Assembly (NCBI GenBank): GCA_039812105.1
Contig: JBDHZW010000001.1
Coordinates: 1 to 51,629, forward strand
DNA from: Nakamurella sp.
GTDB lineage: Bacteria; Actinomycetota; Actinomycetes; Mycobacteriales; Nakamurellaceae
DNA: 51,629 bases
Reading direction: 5' to 3'
A program made the translations under genes and the position numbers. Of this stretch, positions 20,065 to 32,082 are shown piece by piece (positions within the stretch are counted from its first letter, which is position 1; each line of letters starts with the position of its first letter). The notes beneath the pieces were generated by a model. The model ran no database searches and was not told where the DNA came from. It saw only the letters and a list, made by a program, of their open reading frames with translations.

Positions 20065-20508
20065 ATGACCGCGACCACCGCGCACGACCCCAACCCGTTC
20101 CTGCGGACCGCCGCCGGACAGGCCATGCTCTCCCGGCTGCGGGCGAGCACCGACGGGCGAACGGGTGATCAGCTGTCCACCGCGATCCGCGCGGTGACCA
20201 CCGCGGGGTCAACCCTGCCGACCGACCAGGTCGACGCCGCGCTGACCGCGATCACCCTGCTGCTGGCCGAGTACCAACCGGGCCTGCTGGACGGGGCGCC
20301 GGACGAGGTCGGGTTGCGCGACTGGCTCCGCCAGGTCGACACCGAGTTGACGCCCGGCCGCCGGCTGGCCGCCGAGGCCACGCTGGTGCGGATCGAGATC
20401 GACCTGGACAACGAGTGGTACGACGGTCATATCGCGGACGGGGACGTCCCGCAGACCCTCGACGACCTGCACCGGCTGCGCAACGCGCTGGCCGACGCCG
20501 CCGGCTGA
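20065..20508 (+). CDS. Hypothetical helical protein (possibly DUF4259-like)
   Basis: GAGGAG RBS, 147 aa, acidic and helical. C-terminal pattern 'NEWYD...LDDLHRLRNAL'. The family call is weak. Confidence 0.65.
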   Translation: MTATTAHDPNPFLRTAAGQAMLSRLRASTDGRTGDQLSTAIRAVTTAGSTLPTDQVDAALTAITLLLAEYQPGLLDGAPDEVGLRDWLRQVDTELTPGRRLAAEATLVRIEIDLDNEWYDGHIADGDVPQTLDDLHRLRNALADAAG

Positions 20509-20562
20509 GCTCGCCTACCATCGCCCGGCGCCCCGCCCGCCCCGGCACCCGCCCCACCACGC

Positions 20563-20625
20563 TGTTGATCAAGCAGGACACGCCCGAAAGCGAGAGCTTT
20601 ACGGGCATGTCCTGCATGATCAACA
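20563..20625. repeat. REP-like near-perfect palindrome with TGTTGATCA...TGATCAACA termini
   Basis: Left arm TGTTGATCAAGCAGGACACGCCCG-AAAGC versus reverse complement of right arm TGTTGATCATGCAGGACATGCCCGTAAAGC: 2 mismatches and 1 bulge. Confidence 0.9.
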
Positions 20626-20651
20626 GGGGGGTCGGATGGCACAGTCGGGGG

Positions 20652-21071
20652 ATGGGCTACTCCCAGGCGCCGGCCCGCCGACCGGGCGGGGTCACGCTGC
20701 TCGCGGTCCTGATCGTCGTCTCCGGCCTGCTGCAGCTGATGGTGGCCATCGGGGTGCTGATCGCCCGCGGTGACAGCGAGTTCGTCCGGCAGACCGGGGT
20801 GTCGACGGGTGCCTGGCTGTGGGTGGGCACCGTCGGCATCGTCATCGCGGTCGTGTACCTGCTGGTCGCCCGCGGGCTGATGCGCGGCAGCCCGCTCGCC
20901 CGCGGGCTGGCCACGCTCAGCGCCCTGCTGTCGCTGGCCGCCGGCCTGTGGGGCGTGTTCACCTACGGTGGCAACCTGCGGTGGAGTTCGATCCTGTCGG
21001 TGGCCGTCGCGCTGATCGTGCTCGGCCTGCTGTGGTCGTCCCGGGCCAGCGCGTTCTTCCGCTCGCATTGA
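20652..21071 (+). CDS. Small 4-TM membrane protein
   Basis: RPGGVTLLAVL, ARGLMRGSPLAR and LWSSRASAFF motifs with four hydrophobic helices. Confidence 0.8.
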   Translation: MGYSQAPARRPGGVTLLAVLIVVSGLLQLMVAIGVLIARGDSEFVRQTGVSTGAWLWVGTVGIVIAVVYLLVARGLMRGSPLARGLATLSALLSLAAGLWGVFTYGGNLRWSSILSVAVALIVLGLLWSSRASAFFRSH

Positions 21072-21109
21072 GCCGGCCGGACCGATTGACGGGACCGGAT
21101 GGTTGAGAC

Positions 21110-21136
21110 CTGGCACTCGCATGGCTAGAGTGCTAG
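21110..21136 (+). promoter_or_regulatory. CIRCE element (HrcA operator)
   Basis: CTGGCACTC-N9-GAGTGCTAG upstream of groES, versus consensus TTAGCACTC-N9-GAGTGCTAA. Confidence 0.95.
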
Positions 21137-21268
21137 TTGAACGGCTCAGTGACGGCCCGGCACCCGCGACGACGGGCCCGAACCGCGCCGGGACCAGGAA
21201 ACCAGCCGACTGCGACTCCCAGTGGGTGGCAGCCGCCAGAACGAACCCCAGAAGGGGGAGGTCACACC

Positions 21269-21568
21269 GTGGCGAGCGTGAACATCCAGCCGCTCGAGGA
21301 CAAGATCCTCGTTGAGGCCAACGAGGCCGAGACGACGACCGCGTCCGGCATCGTCATTCCGGACACCGCCAAGGAGAAGCCGCAGGAGGGCACCGTCCTC
21401 GCGGTCGGCCCCGGTCGTTACGACGACAGCGGCAAGCGCATCCCGATCGACGTCGCGGAGGGCGACGTGGTCATCTACTCGAAGTACGGCGGCACCGAGG
21501 TCAAGTACAGCGGCAAGGAGTACCTGCTGCTGTCCGCGCGTGACGTGCTGGCCAAGGTCAACAAGTGA
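21269..21568 (+). CDS. groES: Co-chaperonin GroES
   Basis: [29 protein letters not shown] and [10 protein letters not shown] motifs. GGAGGT RBS. Confidence 0.99.
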   Translation: MASVNIQPLEDKILVEANEAETTTASGIVIPDTAKEKPQEGTVLAVGPGRYDDSGKRIPIDVAEGDVVIYSKYGGTEVKYSGKEYLLLSARDVLAKVNK

Positions 21569-21734
21569 CACCGGCCGGCCGGTGAGCTGATCGCCCACCG
21601 CCGGTCCGTTGCTCCGCACCCCGCCCCGGCGGCCCGCCCCGTGCGGGCGGCCGGGGCGCGGTCGTCTGTGCCTTGGGCACCATCGACACTCGCAATCACC
21701 TTCCTGAACCGAAGCCCTGAACCAAGAGCCCTGA

Positions 21735-23384
<1,650 letters not shown>

Positions 23385-23395
23385 TCGGCTGACGC

Positions 23396-23435
23396 GAACG
23401 GCAGGTTTCCCGCCCGGGCGGGGAACCTGCCGTTC
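23396..23435 (+). terminator. Intrinsic terminator after groEL1
   Basis: GAACGGCAGGTTTCCC...GGGGAACCTGCCGTTC stem followed by ATCATTTT. Confidence 0.85.
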
Positions 23436-23685
23436 ATCATTTTGAGGGACCGATCCCGGTTGACCACTCTCTGGCGGCCGCGATTTCACTCATTGGAACC
23501 AATCTGTATCCGCTGAGAGTGTCCAAAACTCGATCGGACCACTACCATCGAGTGATGAGGGGCCACACGGGCAGGTGCACCGGGCCATGGGGGACCGCCG
23601 GGGGGCGAGGGTGACGAACCGTTCGTGGACGCTGCCTCCACGGCTGAACCGTGCCCGGCCGGTGCCGGACGGTTCGGACCGCCGG

Positions 23686-23970
23686 TCAGTGCGCTCCGGA
23701 GAGCGTCAGCATCTGCGCCCGCTCGCTCTCCGACAGCCCACCCCAGATGCCGTACGGCTCGTGCACCTTCAACGCGTGGTCGCGGCAGGCGGCCATCGCC
23801 GGGCATTGGAAGCACACCGCCTTGGCCTGGGCCTCGCGGCGCGCCCGGGCCGGGCCGCGCTCGCCCTCGGGGTGGAAGAAGAACGAACTGGCCATGCCGC
23901 GACACGCCGCGTGCAACTGCCAATCCCAGAGATCCGCGTTCGGTCCGGGAAGGCGCCTGGTGTCCGCCAC
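23686..23970 (-). CDS. whiB3: WhiB-family Fe-S regulator (WhiB3/WhiD ortholog)
   Basis: WDWQLHAAC, FFHPEGERG, C..CP...C and EPYGIWGGLSE motifs. Syntenic position next to groEL1. Confidence 0.92.
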   Translation of the reverse strand: MADTRRLPGPNADLWDWQLHAACRGMASSFFFHPEGERGPARARREAQAKAVCFQCPAMAACRDHALKVHEPYGIWGGLSESERAQMLTLSGAH

Positions 23971-24572
23971 GTCGATCCCCTTTTCCGCGATGCGCGCCGC
24001 CGGTGCCGGCGCTCGGTTGAACGGGCCCGAAAGGAGCAGGGCGCTTGGGTCTGTCCGACAGTGCCGGGGATCGGGGCGCGGTCGGCCGCGCAGCCCAACC
24101 GGGCACGTCCGGAGCCTGGTCCAGTGGCCGGAAGTGCCTGCGGTGTACTGCGTCGGGGCCGGATCCGCGCTGATCGCGGCGCTGTTGATCTCCAGACCCT
24201 AGAGCCCTCCCGGGCCCGCGACAAGACCTTGATCACGTTTTTTGTCGATCTTGATATCGCGGCTGTCATCGTTGTCGCCGGGTCGGCACGGAGGGGCGCC
24301 GCGGCCCGCGGGTGTGAACTGCATCACCGCCGGCGGCGGTCGGTCGACGGACGACCGGATCGACGAGCGGTGATCGCTCCGTCACCTGCGGTATCGGCCG
24401 CGGTTCGTGGTCGATCCGGACGGTTCCATCGCCCGAGCGGGTCTGCCGGCGGGCGCCCGGCTCGACGCAACGACGGACGGACCGACGTATTGACGCACCC
24501 GATTGGGGTCTCCCTCATTCCGTCGAACGACCGAGGGCACGTATCATTCACACCGTCTGCAGGGGGAGTCTT

Positions 24573-25169
24573 GTGACCAGCGTCCTGATTTGCGATGAGC
24601 GCCGAAGCGCGCGCGACGGCCTGACCCGGGTGATGGGCGCCGTCCCGTCGGTCGACGGCATCGACTGCGTGGCCAGCGGGGACGAGTTGCTGTCCCGGTA
24701 CGGTCGCCAGCCGACCGACGTCGTGCTGATCGGCACCCAACGCGCACTCACCAGTGGCATCGAAGCCACCCGGCGGCTGCTGGCCGTGCACCCGTCGGCG
24801 GTGGTGATCGTGTTCGGTTCTCCCGACGACACCGCGTCGATCGCCGCCGCCATCGCCTGCGGGGCCCGGGGGTTCCTGCGCTGGGACGCCACCCAACCCG
24901 AGATCGTCGCGGCCCTCGCCGACACGCTGACCACCCCGCGGCTGCCCGCGCTGCGGGACACCCCGGACGGCGAGGCGCCGTTGACCGAGCGCGAGATGCA
25001 GGTGCTGCGGGGAATGAGCCAGGGCCAGTCCAACGGCGAGATCGGTCGCGAACTGTTCCTGTCCGAGGACACGGTCAAGACGCACGCCCGCCGGCTCTTC
25101 CGCAAGCTCGGCGCCCGCGATCGGGCCCAGGCCGTCGCCCTGGGCTTCCGGCGGGGTTTTGTCGCCTGA
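24573..25169 (+). CDS. bldM: BldM-like orphan NarL/LuxR-family response regulator with atypical receiver
   Basis: MTSVLICD start. HTH region LTEREMQVLRGMSQGQSNGEIGRELFLSEDTVKTHARRLFRKLGARDRAQAVALGFR closely resembles BldM. Same whiD-bldM-sigma-guaB synteny. Confidence 0.85.
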   Translation: MTSVLICDERRSARDGLTRVMGAVPSVDGIDCVASGDELLSRYGRQPTDVVLIGTQRALTSGIEATRRLLAVHPSAVVIVFGSPDDTASIAAAIACGARGFLRWDATQPEIVAALADTLTTPRLPALRDTPDGEAPLTEREMQVLRGMSQGQSNGEIGRELFLSEDTVKTHARRLFRKLGARDRAQAVALGFRRGFVA

Positions 25170-25340
25170 ACGCCCGGGCTGGACGACGCTGAGTCAGCGA
25201 ATCGTCATCATCATGCGGTCTGACGATTCCGAACGGCTGAATCCAGCGTCCTGGCGGGTCGGGATCGCTACGATGAGAACGCGGTTCGATAATGCCGGAC
25301 CAGCGATCAGCCAGCGCAGGACAGCCGCGACGCGCGCGGT

Positions 25341-25368
25341 GTAACGGGGGTGCCGCCGACGGCGATGA
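25341..25368 (+). promoter_or_regulatory. Putative SigD/ShbA-type autoregulatory promoter
   Basis: GTAAC-N17-CGATGA at the 5' end of the sigma gene. Confidence 0.65.
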
Positions 25369-25970
25369 ATGAGCAGTCATCTCAGGGCCCCGATCCGACC
25401 GGACTGGACGATCTCGTCGACCGGGCGGTCGGCGGTGACCAGGTGGCGCTCGGTTCCCTGATCGGCCGGATCCTGCCGGTGGTGGTTCGTTACTGCCGGT
25501 CCCGGATGTCGGCCGGCCCGCTGTCGCTCGCGACGGCGGACGACATCGCGCAGGAGGCATGCTTGGCCGTCCTCACCGCGCTGCCCTCGTTCCGGCGGGA
25601 GGGCAAGCCGTTCCTGGCCTTCGTCTACGGGATCGCGTCGCACAAGGTCGCGGACGCGCACCGGTCGGCGGCCCGGGCGCGCTCACTGCCGGTGGCCGAG
25701 GTGCCCGACGCGCCGACCACCGACGGCGGCCCCGAACAGCTCGTGGTGGCCTCGTCGACCGCCGCCGCCGTCGACGAGTTGCTCGGCAGCCTGCCCGGGA
25801 CGCAACAGGAAATCCTGCGATTGCGGGTGGTCGCCGGGCTGTCCGCCGAGGAGACGGCGGACGCCCTGGGCATGACCGCCGGAGCGGTCCGGGTCGCGCA
25901 GCACCGGGCGTTGGCCAAGTTGCGGCAACGGCTGGCCACCGGGTCGGCGCTCGCCGAGCGCCTGAGCTGA
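25365..25970 (+). CDS. sigD: ECF sigma factor, SigD/ShbA type
   Basis: PVVVRYCRSR, ADDIAQEACLAVLTALP, PFLAFVYGIASHKVADAHR and GLSAEETADALGMTAGAVRVAQHRALAKLR motifs. Confidence 0.9.
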   Translation: MNEQSSQGPDPTGLDDLVDRAVGGDQVALGSLIGRILPVVVRYCRSRMSAGPLSLATADDIAQEACLAVLTALPSFRREGKPFLAFVYGIASHKVADAHRSAARARSLPVAEVPDAPTTDGGPEQLVVASSTAAAVDELLGSLPGTQQEILRLRVVAGLSAEETADALGMTAGAVRVAQHRALAKLRQRLATGSALAERLS

Positions 25971-27223
25971 TGGTCCGCCGGACCGGTCGACGCCCGGTCG
26001 ACCCTGATTCACCCGTGGTCGACCTCGATCGGGTGCTCGCCGACGACCGGCTGATCGACGAGCTCGCCCACCCGGCGCGGCCCGACGGCGGGCCGCCGGC
26101 CGCGCCCGCCCGGACGGCCGGGGCGCATCGATCGACCGGCCGGCACCGGTGCGGCCGGACCGAACCGCTGCTCGAGCTGCTCGACGAGTGGCGGGCGGAG
26201 TTGTCGGCCCGCCCGCTGCCGGCGACCCTGGTCCTGCCCGCGCCGGTGCCGTCGGTGCCGTCGATGCGGGAGGTGCCCCGCTCGCGGACCCTGCGGCCCA
26301 TGCTGGCGGTGGCCGCGGCGATCGGTGCGGTGGTGATCGGGTCGGCGACGATCAGCGCCCCCGACGCCGATCCGAACAGCCTGCTCTGGCCGGTCACCCA
26401 GGCCCTGTGGCCGGACCGGGCGGCCTCCGTCGAATCGGCTCGGGCGGTCAGATCCGCGCTCGCCGACGCCCGGGCCGCGCTGGACGCCGGTCGCCCGGGT
26501 GACGCCCAAGACGCGCTGCGGCGGGCATCGGACGCCCTCGCGCAGGTGCCCGCCGGTGACGAGCACGACGGCATGTGGCAGCAGGTCGTCGCCCTGTCGG
26601 TGTCCGCGGCGCCGTCGACCACGTCGGCGGGCGCGACCCTCGGACCCTTCCCGGTGGCCGGGGGCATCGTGCCGGCCGCGGGGACCATCGGTGGGGCCGC
26701 GGGTCAGCCGGACGGAGCGGCGGCGGCATCACCCGCTGCAGTCCAGACCGCGACCGGTGCGGGGCACCTACCGGCGTTCGGCCACGTCGCGCAGTCGGCC
26801 GGCCCCAGCGCCTCGTCCACGACGTCGAACCCCGGGTCGAGCACCGGGTCGCCCCAGCCCGGCGGAGTCTCGGCCGGTCCGGTCCCGGCCGGTGCGTCGG
26901 TCGGTGAGACGTCGGCGCCCGGCACCGAGTCGCCGGCCCCCACGTCCACCCCGGCCGCGGCCACGCCGACACCGCCACCGGTCACGACGACCCCCACGAC
27001 GGCGACCACCGAGCCATCCGGGGTGACGTCGTCGTCGCCGGCGGCCACCCAGCAGTCCGCGCCGAGCCCCACGGCGACGACGTCCGGCCCGCCGTCGAGC
27101 AGCCAGTCGCCGGCGTTGATCCCGTACGACCTGGACCCGGCCGACTCCGGCGGCGCCTCGGCGGATGCGGCGACGGACGGGTCGGCGAGCGGCGAGGCGG
27201 CGACCGCCGGATCGGGCGGGTAG
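25970..27223 (+). CDS. RsdA-like anti-sigma factor (one TM helix, long Ser/Thr/Pro extracytoplasmic tail)
   Basis: TGATG coupling to the sigma gene. DLDRVLADDRLIDELA and LLDEWRAEL motifs, a TM helix, and P.SLLWPVTQALWPDRAAS. Confidence 0.75.
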   Translation: MVRRTGRRPVDPDSPVVDLDRVLADDRLIDELAHPARPDGGPPAAPARTAGAHRSTGRHRCGRTEPLLELLDEWRAELSARPLPATLVLPAPVPSVPSMREVPRSRTLRPMLAVAAAIGAVVIGSATISAPDADPNSLLWPVTQALWPDRAASVESARAVRSALADARAALDAGRPGDAQDALRRASDALAQVPAGDEHDGMWQQVVALSVSAAPSTTSAGATLGPFPVAGGIVPAAGTIGGAAGQPDGAAAASPAAVQTATGAGHLPAFGHVAQSAGPSASSTTSNPGSSTGSPQPGGVSAGPVPAGASVGETSAPGTESPAPTSTPAAATPTPPPVTTTPTTATTEPSGVTSSSPAATQQSAPSPTATTSGPPSSSQSPALIPYDLDPADSGGASADAATDGSASGEAATAGSGG

Positions 27224-27470
27224 CAGCGCGCGGCATCTCGTTCGCCCGCACTCTGCGTGCCGCGGGCGCACCGTACGCTGCGGATCCGCGGGGCACAGTG
27301 CGCCGGCGGAGCGCAAGCTGCGCTCAGGTGATGCGGAGTCGGGGGGCTCGTTCCCGGCCCGGCCCGGCTCAGTCGAGGTCGGCCCCGCAGACGCGGGCCG
27401 CCGCGAGCCGGAACGCCCCCGGGCGCCGGCGGCCCGGAACGGCGGACGGGGGCGCTCCCCGCTCACCTAG

Positions 27471-29090
<1,620 letters not shown>

Positions 29091-29393
29091 CCCGGGGAGC
29101 CGTCAACCGCTGGGGCAGTCTGTCTGCTACATCGGCCGGGTCGGCATCCGGGCTGTCCGACGGGGACTGGCCGGGACGGACTCCGACGCGTCACCGAACG
29201 ACCGTGGACAGTGAGCATTCCTACGACGCGGCGCGGGACGCGGACGCGGCCCGGCAGGAGTTGATCCGAGCACATCAACCGATCGCGGTGAGGCCGACGG
29301 GCGCCCGGTCGAGACCCACCCCGGCCCCGTGATCGCCTACCCTTGCCGCCGGGTGCAGTCGCATCGGCGGACGCCCGGAACCGAGGAGGAGTC

Positions 29394-30521
29394 GTGCCCG
29401 AGATCGAGATCGGCATGGGGCGGACCGCGCGGACGACCTACGAGCTGGCCGACATCAGCATCGTGCCGTCCCGGCGCACCCGCTCGTCGTCGGACATCTC
29501 CATGTCCTGGCAGATCGACGCCTACCGGTTCGACATCCCGCTGGTCACCCAGCCGACCGACGCCATCGTGTCGCCGCGGGTCGCGGCGGCGGTGTCCGGC
29601 CTGGGCGGGCTCGGGGTGCTGGACGGCGAGGGGCTGTGGGCCCGCCATCCGGACCCGCAGAAGGTGATCGACTCGTTGCTGGAACGCGGCGCGGCCGCCG
29701 ACGACCCGGACGAGCTGATCGCCGAGATCCAGCGGGTGTACGCCGAGCCGGTGTCGGTCGACCTGCTCACCGAGGCGATCCGGACGTTGCGGGACTCCGG
29801 CGGCACCGTCTCGGTCCGGCTGTCTCCGCAGAACGCGGCCACCCTGGCCGGCCCGGCGATCGCCGCCGGGGTGGAGCTGCTGGTCATCCAGGGCACGATC
29901 ATCTCCGCCGAGCACGTCCGCGCGGACGGCGCCGCGCTGAACCTCAAGTCGTTCATCTCGGACCTGGACGTGCCGGTGATCGTCGGTGGCTGTTCGGACT
30001 TCAAGACGGCCACCCACCTGATGCGCACCGGGGCAGCCGGGGTGATTGTCGGCAGCGGGCACGGCAACACCACCACCTCCGACGAGGTGCTGGGCATCGC
30101 GGTGCCGATGGCCACCGCGATCGCCGACGCCGCCGCCGCCCGCCGCTCCTACCTGGACGAGACCGGGGGCCGCTACGTGCATGTCATCGCCGCCGGGGGC
30201 ATCGAGTCGAGCGCGGACATCGCCAAGGCGATCGCCTGCGGGGCCGACGCGGTGATGCTGGGCGAGCCGCTCACCTGGGCCGCGGACGCTCCGGCCGCCG
30301 GCTGGTACTGGCCGACCACCGCGGCGCACCCGGTGCTGCCGCGCGGCTTCGCGGCGCCGGTCGGGCCGGCCGACGTGCCCCTGGACCAGCTGCTGCTGGG
30401 CCCGGCGCTGGGCGCGGACGGGCGCACCAATCTGTTCGGGGCGCTGCGCCGAGCCATGGCCAAGGCCGGCTACTCGGACCTCAAGGAGTTCCAGAAGGTC
30501 GGGCTCACCGTCCGCGGCTGA
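29394..30521 (+). CDS. guaB3: GuaB3-family IMPDH-related protein
   Basis: EIGMGRTAR, VPSRRTRSS, WQIDAYRF, HLMRTGAAGVIVG and GYSDLKEFQKV motifs. GAGGAG RBS. Confidence 0.95.
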   Translation: MPEIEIGMGRTARTTYELADISIVPSRRTRSSSDISMSWQIDAYRFDIPLVTQPTDAIVSPRVAAAVSGLGGLGVLDGEGLWARHPDPQKVIDSLLERGAAADDPDELIAEIQRVYAEPVSVDLLTEAIRTLRDSGGTVSVRLSPQNAATLAGPAIAAGVELLVIQGTIISAEHVRADGAALNLKSFISDLDVPVIVGGCSDFKTATHLMRTGAAGVIVGSGHGNTTTSDEVLGIAVPMATAIADAAAARRSYLDETGGRYVHVIAAGGIESSADIAKAIACGADAVMLGEPLTWAADAPAAGWYWPTTAAHPVLPRGFAAPVGPADVPLDQLLLGPALGADGRTNLFGALRRAMAKAGYSDLKEFQKVGLTVRG

Positions 30522-30538
30522 CCCCCCGGCCCCCTGGA

Positions 30539-30599
30539 GTTGATCATGGCCTAGTGGCCCTTTTGACGCAGTCAAAAGGGCCACTAGGCCATGATCAAC
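30539..30599. repeat. Perfect palindrome with 29-bp arms (REP-like; probably also a bidirectional terminator)
   Basis: GTTGATCATGGCCTAGTGGCCCTTTTGAC-GCA-GTCAAAAGGGCCACTAGGCCATGATCAAC between the convergent guaB3 and WbqC genes. Confidence 0.95.
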
Positions 30600-30614
30600 A
30601 CGGAAACAAGGCGG

Positions 30615-31325
30615 TCAGCCGACCCGGGGGAAGGTGCTGGAGGACCGGATGTCGTCGACGGACCGCCGGCCGCGGGCGAACAGCAGGTCCAGCACGCCGA
30701 GGTCCGGCACGAACGGCTCGAACGCCTGCCGGTACACCGGGTGGGTGAACTGCTGGGTCCGCACCGCGATGCCGGCCGCCCGCACCCGGTCCCAGTCGAT
30801 GTATCGCCGGTCGGTTCCCCAGGTGCTCGTCACGTGTTCGTCGGCGCCGACCGCCCGGGTCAGCTGGATCAGCCGGTCGGTGTTGTCGCCGGTGTGGGCC
30901 AGCGTGGTCGCCCGGACCACCCGGACCTCCACGGCCAGATAGCGCAGCAGGGCACCGAGCAGGTCCAGGTTGTGGTCGACCAGCATCCCGTGCCGGTTCG
31001 CGTAGACCGCCGAGATCAGGTCGAAGACCTCGGCGAAGTGCGGCGAGCGCCGGTACTCCTGCTCGATGATCCGCAGATGGTAACCGCGCCAGTCGGTCTC
31101 GTCGGCCAACCGCACGGCGCACAGCGGTTCCCGGCGCCGGGCCCCGTGCACCGGCACCGACAGCAACACGTCACCGTGCCGGGCGCGCAGCCGCTGCCGG
31201 TTGTGGAACTCGGTGCGGGTGAACTGCACGCTGTCGTAGACGACGTACACGTCGCTGTGCACGATCTTGGCCATCAGCTTGACCCACGGCACGAAGTTCG
31301 GCTGGTGCAGGCAGGCGGCCGTCAT
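30615..31325 (-). CDS. WbqC-family protein (putative glycyl/acyl transferase for amino sugars)
   Basis: HQPNFVPW...KI..SDVYVVYDSVQF, NRQR, LSVPV, YRRSPHF, HPVYRQ and LGVLDLLF motifs. Alternative GTG start at 31349. Confidence 0.9.
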   Translation of the reverse strand: MTAACLHQPNFVPWVKLMAKIVHSDVYVVYDSVQFTRTEFHNRQRLRARHGDVLLSVPVHGARRREPLCAVRLADETDWRGYHLRIIEQEYRRSPHFAEVFDLISAVYANRHGMLVDHNLDLLGALLRYLAVEVRVVRATTLAHTGDNTDRLIQLTRAVGADEHVTSTWGTDRRYIDWDRVRAAGIAVRTQQFTHPVYRQAFEPFVPDLGVLDLLFARGRRSVDDIRSSSTFPRVG

Positions 31326-31335
31326 GACCGGCCCA

Positions 31336-32082
31336 TCAGAAGACGGCACGCATCGTCATGAAGCCCTCGGCGCTGTCCACCGAGATCTCCCGGCCGCGCA
31401 GCTTGGACATGATCTCCAGGCTCTCCGGGCTGCCGTGGAACTCGGGTTCGCGCACCTGGGAGGCGTGCCGCCGCATCGCCTCGAGCTTGACCGGCAGGTA
31501 CTCGCTGATGTCCACATAGAAGTTGGGATGGAACTTTTCGCGTTCCAGCGACCAGAACAGGCTGGTGTTGTCGTAGGCGAGCACGTACGGCACCAGGTGC
31601 CGCTGGCTGCGCACTCCGGGACGGGTGGCGGTGATGCAGGCCCGGAACAGCGCCTCGTGGTCCTGGTTGTAGCTGAACGCCGGGATCAGCAGCAAGGTCG
31701 GCTCGACCTGCTCGATGGACAGCCGGGCGTCCCGCTCGATCAGGCGGACCAGCTCGCGCCGGGGCACCGTGTCCAGCGCGAGGTGGACGTCGTCGTCGGT
31801 GAACATCACCTGCCAGTCGTCGACCTTGAGCAGCTTCATCACGTCGGCGAACTCCCGCAGCCGGGTCTGTGCGGTGACATGCCGCATCCCGCTGCCGTTC
31901 TCGACGTCCGCGTAGTGGTCGATGGATCCGACAGAGACCAGCGAGACGTACACCTGGCCACCCAGATCCTTGATCCGGGCGATCGTCCCGGCGCAGCCGT
32001 AGGTCTCGTCGTCGGCGTGCGGCGAGATGACCAGCACCCGCTGCCGGCCGAGGAAGTCCTCGCCGATGCCGGTGGTGCTCAT
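31336..32082 (-). CDS. PIG-L/LmbE-family N-deacetylase
   Basis: LVISPHADDETYGCAGTI, R..E, NQDH, YVDIS...KLEAMRRHASQ and AEGF motifs. ATGA coupling to the GT2 gene. Confidence 0.9.
   Translation of the reverse strand: MSTTGIGEDFLGRQRVLVISPHADDETYGCAGTIARIKDLGGQVYVSLVSVGSIDHYADVENGSGMRHVTAQTRLREFADVMKLLKVDDWQVMFTDDDVHLALDTVPRRELVRLIERDARLSIEQVEPTLLLIPAFSYNQDHEALFRACITATRPGVRSQRHLVPYVLAYDNTSLFWSLEREKFHPNFYVDISEYLPVKLEAMRRHASQVREPEFHGSPESLEIMSKLRGREISVDSAEGFMTMRAVF

Noticed and set aside
29258-29268. GAGTTGATCCG, the reverse complement of the repeat core CGGATCAACTC (also GGTTGATCCG near 48221)
   Set aside because: The match is only 9-11 nt with no partner arm, too short to call another copy.
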